From an uncultured virus (IMG/VR IMGVR_UViG_3300023174_000146) (Duplodnaviria; Heunggongvirae; Uroviricota; Caudoviricetes): a stretch of 20,000 nt of DNA. This document shows positions 14,929-20,000 of this stretch, in pieces (within the stretch, counting starts at the first letter, position 1; every line of letters begins with the position of its first letter). Position numbers and translations under genes: made by a program. The stretch lies in IMG/VR virus record IMGVR_UViG_3300023174_000146. One strand, 5' to 3'. Below the pieces are notes generated by a model. It made no database searches. It was not told where the DNA came from and saw nothing but the letters and a program-made list of their open reading frames with translations.

Positions 14929-14960
14929 ACGTATAATTACGTTTGCTAGTAGCTAAATAT
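14929..14960. promoter_or_regulatory. Divergent putative late promoters
   Basis: ATAATTA on + at 14933-14939 (inside the inverted repeat ACGTA-TAAT-TACGT) and ATATTTA on - at 14954-14960, in the 78-bp gap between divergent genes. Confidence 0.5.
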
Positions 14961-14976
14961 AACTCGGAGTGTCTAC

Positions 14977-15744
14977 ATGAATATTGGTCTAGTACCGATG
15001 AGCGCAAAACCGTTTCACATGGGCCACTATATGCTCATTGAGAAAGCAGCTTCAGAAAATGATATTACACTTGTGTTCGTCTCTTTCTCAAGCAGGGGCG
15101 TGAAGAAGGTCACGCGCGGTGGGAAAAAGTTTGAGGTGCCAATTGAGGGTGACACTCCCGTGTTTGGATCGGATATGGCTGAGATCTGGAATTCGCTTCT
15201 CATACCCAATTTAAACTTTGAAAGCAGTGTGGAGATACTCACACCTGAAACTGGAGCGAAGCCTGCACCCATTAGCAATGTGTTCGATGTTCTGGACGCG
15301 TTAAAAATCGCACACAGGGCAGGTGAAAAGAGTTTCACTGTTCCTTTCACTAACGTCACATCGGATGTGGAGGATACAACAATCAATATCTACTCAGATG
15401 ACACCGACATCAACGACAACTACCCACAGGCAAAAATGCTTGAGCACTTCGGAGACCTCTGGAGCAACGGAAAGTTGGGCATCACTCCTGCAATAAGGGG
15501 AGTGGGTGTTGCAAGAACCTCGACTATAGATATTAGTGGAACAAAGATGCGAGCACTCCTCTGCAGAAGCGAGGATCAAGCCAGCAGGGAGGAATTCATG
15601 TCAATGTTGCCTCCAGTAGATGATGACATAAAGATTCAGATCTTTCAAATTCTCGCAGACTCTGTGAGCAGCATGTGTCCACTCAGCACTCGGAGAAACA
15701 AGACAGAAGGCATCCTAAGACAGTATGTCAGACTGTTCCTGTGA
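14977..15744 (+). CDS. HxGH nucleotidyltransferase (cytidylyltransferase/NMNAT/CoaD-like superfamily)
   Basis: N-terminal beta strand then KPFHMGH (HxGH); C-terminal ISGTKMR (SxTxxR); GGAG SD. The only real + strand gene in the window. Confidence 0.85.
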   Translation: MNIGLVPMSAKPFHMGHYMLIEKAASENDITLVFVSFSSRGVKKVTRGGKKFEVPIEGDTPVFGSDMAEIWNSLLIPNLNFESSVEILTPETGAKPAPISNVFDVLDALKIAHRAGEKSFTVPFTNVTSDVEDTTINIYSDDTDINDNYPQAKMLEHFGDLWSNGKLGITPAIRGVGVARTSTIDISGTKMRALLCRSEDQASREEFMSMLPPVDDDIKIQIFQILADSVSSMCPLSTRRNKTEGILRQYVRLFL

Positions 15745-15779
15745 CATACGGCGACACTCTACGATAAAAAATGATGTGA

Positions 15780-15820
15780 TATAGGGGCTGAGCGCTGAGC
15801 TGCTCAGATGTCATCCTATA
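15780..15820. terminator. Possible hairpin between convergent genes
   Basis: Nested arms TATAGG/CCTATA and CTGAGC/GCTCAG; no adjacent U-tract. Confidence 0.3.
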
Positions 15821-15824
15821 AGAC

Positions 15825-15923
15825 TCAGTTAAATTGATAATACAAGTACACGAGGAAAGTGTAGAACGCCAGCGCTATTCCCAGCGGCCACTTCAGCTGA
15901 GCTTTTTCATCGCTATCGTTCAT
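15825..15923 (-). CDS. Small single-TM protein (32 aa), not in the ORF track
   Basis: MNDSDEKAQLKWPLGIALAFYTFLVYLYYQFN*. The ATG is 3 nt after the upstream stop (TGA TAA ATG) with an AGGA SD. Confidence 0.55.
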   Translation of the reverse strand: MNDSDEKAQLKWPLGIALAFYTFLVYLYYQFN

Positions 15924-15926
15924 TTA

Positions 15927-17459
15927 TCAGTGTCCTATCTCTACGTGAAGGCGCTTGAGAACTGCCTCGATCATGTCTGTGATCTCTTCTCTTGTTGCCC
16001 TACTTCCGAGGGTCTTAGAGATCTCCTCACGGATGGCCTTGCCTAAATCAGGACCCACAGCACGCTCGAGCTCAATTCTAGCTTGACGACGTGAAATGCG
16101 CTCTATCTCTCTCTTGTCAGCGGCAGTGAGCTCTTCATTAATAAGAAGATCTTTAAGGCTTAAATCTGATGCTGATCTCGTCTTTGTTTCTGCAAATTTT
16201 TCAGGTGTTAAATTTTTAATATCAAGATCTATTCTCTTCGATGAATCTCTATAGCCGAAAGGAAAAATTCCAATTCTTGTCTTTGGTATGTCAAAATCAT
16301 TTCTATCACCTGGCCTTGCATACAAAGTAGGTGCCCAGGATGGATCACTTATAGGTTCACGTGCATACCAAATATTCTCACATTCAAATGACTTTTCACT
16401 TTCGTCTATATCTTTTAATTTAATAGTACTCATGTCTGCAATAATGATATCGCAGTTGTTTTCGTTAGATGACTGATCTCCATATGCTGAGACGACACTA
16501 AGAGGATGATCAACAGGAATTAATCTAAAAAGAGATTTTGAAGCAGGAATTGCACCATTAATTTCAATCCACTGTCTTACATCATTTATAAAACTTTTGA
16601 TTATATCAATAGATTGATATTTAGATACACCGCTCCATTGATTCATCTGCTTTGGTGTGCTTGCAGACTTAAGTGACAAATAAGCGACTGCATTACCGCT
16701 GTTATCAATTAGCATAGCGTCTGCTTTTGGTGTGCCAGACACTTTTTCACACTTTACAACATTTTTTGCAATGCCTGATTTATTAAAGCCACCAGTACCA
16801 ACAACAATATCAATTGGCGTTCCTTCATTACGCTCAATTGCTGTAAAAATCGCAGTATTAATCTGAGAAATTTGACCTACCTCAGCATTTACACCAGATA
16901 ATGCACCTCGTCCTCCAAATTCTTTAGACTTCATGATGAAGTTTGGTGAAGTGATTACTTGTCCTTCTCCTGTTTTTACGCCTGCATCAAACGCTTGATT
17001 ATATGCGACAGGATCTTGTGCATCTAATGCACTAAGAAGCTCTGTATTTTGTTGCTCTGGAATTGTAATAAATGAACCGTCTGTTAAAGAGAATTCATTA
17101 TAAGGTCTGCCTGTAATCGGATTAATCTCGGTGCCGCCCCTGATTTTATCAGCAAATATTTTCCAGCGTGTAGAAGCATTACCTCTTCGAATTTTTATCA
17201 TTTCTCGAGATGAAAGTCCAACTGACTCTAGCATAATTTGTTCTACTAGATGTCTCATCAAACTCTCGTCGAAAAATGTGCTCTCATCATTTTGTGATTC
17301 TCTTCTCATTTCAATAGCTGCTATCTGACCCTTTGCCTTCTCATGTGAAGTATGACAAGCACTATGCTTCTTTCCACTCTTGTCTGTGTACTTAAGCACA
17401 TAATTTCCAGAATCACCATCTGACTGCTTGCACTTCTGCTTTCTAATTGTGTAAGGCAT
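15927..17459 (-). CDS. Multi-part protein with a central PD-(D/E)xK-like nuclease domain
   Basis: Central GTPKADAMLID...YLSLK...QWSG. Short Cys/His N-terminal module (MPYTIRKQKCKQ...CHTSHEKAKGQIAAIE) and helical C-terminal module. ATG at 17459 is preferred. Confidence 0.65.
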   Translation of the reverse strand: MPYTIRKQKCKQSDGDSGNYVLKYTDKSGKKHSACHTSHEKAKGQIAAIEMRRESQNDESTFFDESLMRHLVEQIMLESVGLSSREMIKIRRGNASTRWKIFADKIRGGTEINPITGRPYNEFSLTDGSFITIPEQQNTELLSALDAQDPVAYNQAFDAGVKTGEGQVITSPNFIMKSKEFGGRGALSGVNAEVGQISQINTAIFTAIERNEGTPIDIVVGTGGFNKSGIAKNVVKCEKVSGTPKADAMLIDNSGNAVAYLSLKSASTPKQMNQWSGVSKYQSIDIIKSFINDVRQWIEINGAIPASKSLFRLIPVDHPLSVVSAYGDQSSNENNCDIIIADMSTIKLKDIDESEKSFECENIWYAREPISDPSWAPTLYARPGDRNDFDIPKTRIGIFPFGYRDSSKRIDLDIKNLTPEKFAETKTRSASDLSLKDLLINEELTAADKREIERISRRQARIELERAVGPDLGKAIREEISKTLGSRATREEITDMIEAVLKRLHVEIGH

Positions 17460-17464
17460 TGTTA

Positions 17465-18772
17465 TCACCCAAAAAATACTGAGACGAGAGAGGGGTAGTG
17501 ATTGTACGATTCATTCTTGGTCGCGATCTTTCTGCCGAGTGCACCCACTATCTGATTTAGTGCAGCGAAGTTTCCTGTGAGCTTCTTGAGGTTGCCGCTT
17601 CCTGGTGGGTACTCGAAGACGATTCCCTCCACGTTTGAGAGGCTGTCCTTACCGTCGCCTAGACGACCGAGCTCCTTCTCGAGCTTCTCGCGGACCTGCA
17701 CAGCGTCAGTGCCGCTGTATGACTCAATTGCGCTGATTGTGGATTCTAATCTCTTTCGCATGCTGTCGATGGAGGAGTTGTGCTGGTCCTCAGTTCCTAT
17801 AAACGCAGAACGCACGTGTTTGAGAATGTCAGCAGCAAAGTCGCTGATTGCACCCTCTATTGGTGCCAGGGCGATCTTCATCTGCTCCTCAGCGAACTTC
17901 TTTGTGCTTATCTTCTTAAGCTCTGATTTCGCTGAAGCGCTCACAGAAGCGGTGATATCCGCGACGCTCTTCGCCTCAGACTCAGGTAAGCCATTTGCGA
18001 GATCACGCAGGCGCTTGAGCATCTCGACGCGATCCTTCACAGGTAGGCCTATCTTCTCAAATACGGGATCGAGCCTCTCGTCAAGCCAGTTCATAAAAAA
18101 GTCGCCGAGAGTGTCACTGTTTCCAACTCCAAATGGACCAACAATCGAGTCTATAGTGGATGAAAACTTCTCTGCAGCACGAGGCACGTCCTGCAGTGCT
18201 GTCACCTGGGGTCCGTGGACACTCCATAACTCATCGGACACCTGCGCCTCAGCACCGTCAATGGCAGACACGAGACGCTGAAAATCTTCGCTTGGGGCTG
18301 CCTCTGACTTCTTAGTCTCAGGATTAAAAGACTGGAGATTGTGGAGGACGATGTAGTTGCCATCATAGACGATCAGATTAGGACTAGCAGAGTACATTAT
18401 CTCAGCATTGGCAAACCTATTGCCATCCTCACCAAAAATATCCACAAGCTCATCACGGGAGAGGGAACGAATCGCGGTCTCTATTGCCCTAAAACCGTTC
18501 ATAAAGGCGCCTTCAGCGGGATGCCCCTTCCACTTCGCAGCGAACTCATCAGGTGTCATTCCACCCTGCATAATGTTCGAAGGGTTTCTAGCAGTGCGGA
18601 CCTGATCGGTCTTTGGATCCCACCTGAAGAATATATTTTGTCCGTCGACCTTCTCGAGCGGCCTTATCTCTCCACCTCCAGAAGCGAGACTATTTGCGAT
18701 GTTCTTTATCTCACCGATCTCGAGGTCCAGATCCTCGTAGAGATGGGGCATGTGTCCTGCAGCGCCTGCCAT
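17465..18772 (-). CDS. ATP-dependent ligase/nucleotidyltransferase superfamily protein (RNA-ligase-like) with helical insertion
   Basis: HMPHLYE N-terminus; motif I EKVDGQN; NAEIMY (III); EGIVF (IV); KKLTG (V). GAGG SD before ATG at 18772. Confidence 0.7.
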   Translation of the reverse strand: MAGAAGHMPHLYEDLDLEIGEIKNIANSLASGGGEIRPLEKVDGQNIFFRWDPKTDQVRTARNPSNIMQGGMTPDEFAAKWKGHPAEGAFMNGFRAIETAIRSLSRDELVDIFGEDGNRFANAEIMYSASPNLIVYDGNYIVLHNLQSFNPETKKSEAAPSEDFQRLVSAIDGAEAQVSDELWSVHGPQVTALQDVPRAAEKFSSTIDSIVGPFGVGNSDTLGDFFMNWLDERLDPVFEKIGLPVKDRVEMLKRLRDLANGLPESEAKSVADITASVSASAKSELKKISTKKFAEEQMKIALAPIEGAISDFAADILKHVRSAFIGTEDQHNSSIDSMRKRLESTISAIESYSGTDAVQVREKLEKELGRLGDGKDSLSNVEGIVFEYPPGSGNLKKLTGNFAALNQIVGALGRKIATKNESYNHYPSLVSVFFG

Positions 18773-18773
18773 G

Positions 18774-19082
18774 CTATTCCTCGTCCAGCATCGCCTGAGC
18801 GTCTGCTGCAAGCTTGAGACCGTTCACCTTCTGCGCGTCTCTGAGCTCCCTGCGAAGGACTTTGAGGACGCCGTTGTAGTAGTCACGCTTGTCAGTTCGA
18901 TTATCACACTCGTCACGAGTCGACTTGGCATCCTCCATGCGGCTTGTGATGTCCTCTAAGCACTCCTGCGATCCATATGGGACAAGAGATCCGTGAAAGC
19001 AGCGATACATCCGCTCACCTGACGCAGACTCCGCGAGGGCGTGCTCGACCATCATCTGTATGTGCTTTCCTGATATTCGCAT
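18774..19082 (-). CDS. Hypothetical protein (102 aa)
   Basis: Tightly packed ORF; leader MRISGKHIQMMVEHALAE. Confidence 0.75.
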   Translation of the reverse strand: MRISGKHIQMMVEHALAESASGERMYRCFHGSLVPYGSQECLEDITSRMEDAKSTRDECDNRTDKRDYYNGVLKVLRRELRDAQKVNGLKLAADAQAMLDEE

Positions 19083-19083
19083 T

Positions 19084-19842
19084 TCACTTCCTTAGTGCAA
19101 TGAGCAGCTTCTTTATGTCGCTTCTGTCAGATGCCTCACCGACGACAATAGGTGCTGGACCTGTTGACTTAGTGGGTGCATTCTTTGCGGGTGAGGCCTT
19201 TTTTGCAGAATCGGGTGAGGGCACACCAGAAGATGGTGCTGTGGGAGCTTCTTCGCGTCGAGGATTAATCTTGATACCGACTGCAGATGGATCTGGTGCT
19301 TCGTCTCCTGCGACGCCGCCCGCGAGGATCTGAGTGAGGCCACTGAGAAGCACGAAGAGCGCCTGTCTCTCACCGGGATTGAGACCCTTAAAATAATCGC
19401 CTAACTTCTGCTTTGTTTCTGGATCCTTGGAAGACTTTCCGCTGCGCATCATGTTCATCATATTGACGACTTGATTGAACGTCACGTCCTTGATCTCTGC
19501 GGGATCGGGTATGACTGCCTTAGGATCCTTCGGCTCCTCCTTGCCTGTTGCGATCTTGCTTGAGACTACTTTCTCCTTGGGCTCGGACTTCTTCTCAGGC
19601 TCTGCTTTTGGAGCAGGATCTTTTTTCTCATCGTCCTTTTCCTCGTCTTCAGCCTCTTCGAGATCCTCGTTTGTTTCAACCTTTTCAGAGTCTTTTTTAT
19701 CGAGTTCTTTAATAGCAGCTGCCATCGCCGCCTGACGCGCTTGTTCTCTCTCAAGCGGTGCAAGTGTCTCTCTAATTACCTGAGTGGTTATCTTCTTTAC
19801 AAGCTCATCGATTGAGAGCTTGGCGGTCTGCTTCTTTACCAT
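19084..19842 (-). CDS. Hypothetical protein with acidic and Pro/Lys low-complexity linkers, possibly scaffold-like
   Basis: GGAG SD and TGATG overlap favour ATG at 19842; EEAEDEEKDDEKK tract; folded core NMMRSGKSSKD. Confidence 0.75.
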   Translation of the reverse strand: MVKKQTAKLSIDELVKKITTQVIRETLAPLEREQARQAAMAAAIKELDKKDSEKVETNEDLEEAEDEEKDDEKKDPAPKAEPEKKSEPKEKVVSSKIATGKEEPKDPKAVIPDPAEIKDVTFNQVVNMMNMMRSGKSSKDPETKQKLGDYFKGLNPGERQALFVLLSGLTQILAGGVAGDEAPDPSAVGIKINPRREEAPTAPSSGVPSPDSAKKASPAKNAPTKSTGPAPIVVGEASDRSDIKKLLIALRK

Positions 19843-20000
19843 CAGCGGCTCCACCTGATGCGATTGTGAAGCTGCTCACGGTTCCTAGCATCGCGAAGCC
19901 TATTTGCAGCATTGTGGTCAGAAGGAAGCCGCTGTGCAGCATCTTTTCTAGCCTGCTCGCGGCGGTCTAGATCCTTGACAAACTTTTCGAACTCAAACTC
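19842..20000 (-). CDS. 3' end of a hypothetical protein (partial)
   Basis: Manual translation ...EFEFEKFVKDLDRREQARK...LHNRIRWSR*; its stop overlaps the next ATG. Confidence 0.65.
   Translation of the reverse strand, partial: EFEFEKFVKDLDRREQARKDAAQRLPSDHNAANRLRDARNREQLHNRIRWSR

Larger units (their letters stand above)
1..20000. mobile_element. Segment of a large (jumbo/huge) dsDNA tailed-phage genome
   Basis: Dense, co-oriented ORFs with overlapping start/stop codons. T4-type ATP-dependent ligase, stand-alone 5'-3' exonuclease, LamG protein and many hypotheticals. Host-like genes (dnaJ, def, groEL, sigma) occur without their usual bacterial operon partners (no dnaK/grpE, fmt, groES or dnaG). 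Confidence 0.88.

Noticed and set aside
15745..15926. tRNA or structured ncRNA in the gap between convergent genes
   Set aside because: No cloverleaf or T-loop consensus. The gap is explained by a 32-aa ORF and a modest hairpin.
15927..17459. Intein or group I intron as explanation for the AT-rich insert
   Set aside because: No C/S...HN-C/S/T splice motifs or LAGLIDADG/HNH blocks are recognisable, and the frame is continuous.
17577..18281. 234-aa + strand ORF, and the other + strand ORFs inside minus-strand genes (e.g. 9206..9700, 18341..18817, 2106..2477)
   Set aside because: They are antisense to motif-bearing genes, have Ser/Arg-rich shadow composition, and show no SD or recognisable domains.
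1..20000. Stop-codon reassignment, as seen in some huge phages
   Set aside because: Known-family genes are full length under the standard code, and TGA, TAA and TAG (18774) all end genes at tight junctions.

Overview
The window looks like part of a large ('jumbo'/huge) tailed-phage genome. It is densely coding, uses the standard genetic code, and is almost entirely on the minus strand. It contains no tRNA, rRNA, CRISPR array or transposase. The left two-thirds holds replication, transcription and proteostasis genes: ATP-dependent DNA ligase, DnaJ, peptide deformylase, a GapR/DsbA-like DNA-binding protein, a sigma-70-family factor, GroEL without GroES, a 5'-3' exonuclease and a PD-(D/E)xK nuclease. 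These are interleaved with probable late/virion genes: a LamG protein and several proteins carrying an 'LRxIIxxE'-type helix. The right part has an HxGH nucleotidyltransferase, a ligase-superfamily (KxDG) protein and a protein with an AT-rich nuclease-like insert. Four observations stand out. (1) The sigma factor stops before the region 4.2 (-35 recognition) helix, and the translationally coupled next gene encodes a stand-alone sigma4.2-like HTH, so this may be a split two-gene sigma factor. (2) Several promoters have normal -10 boxes but a non-canonical -35 (nTG(T/C)A(A/C)) at exactly 17 bp. (3) A second motif, ATAnTTA, sits in the loop of RBS-sequestering hairpins where early operons run into putative late genes. 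(4) A tandem duplication keeps its intergenic part better conserved than its coding part. All functional calls come from motif recognition by eye; no searches were run.
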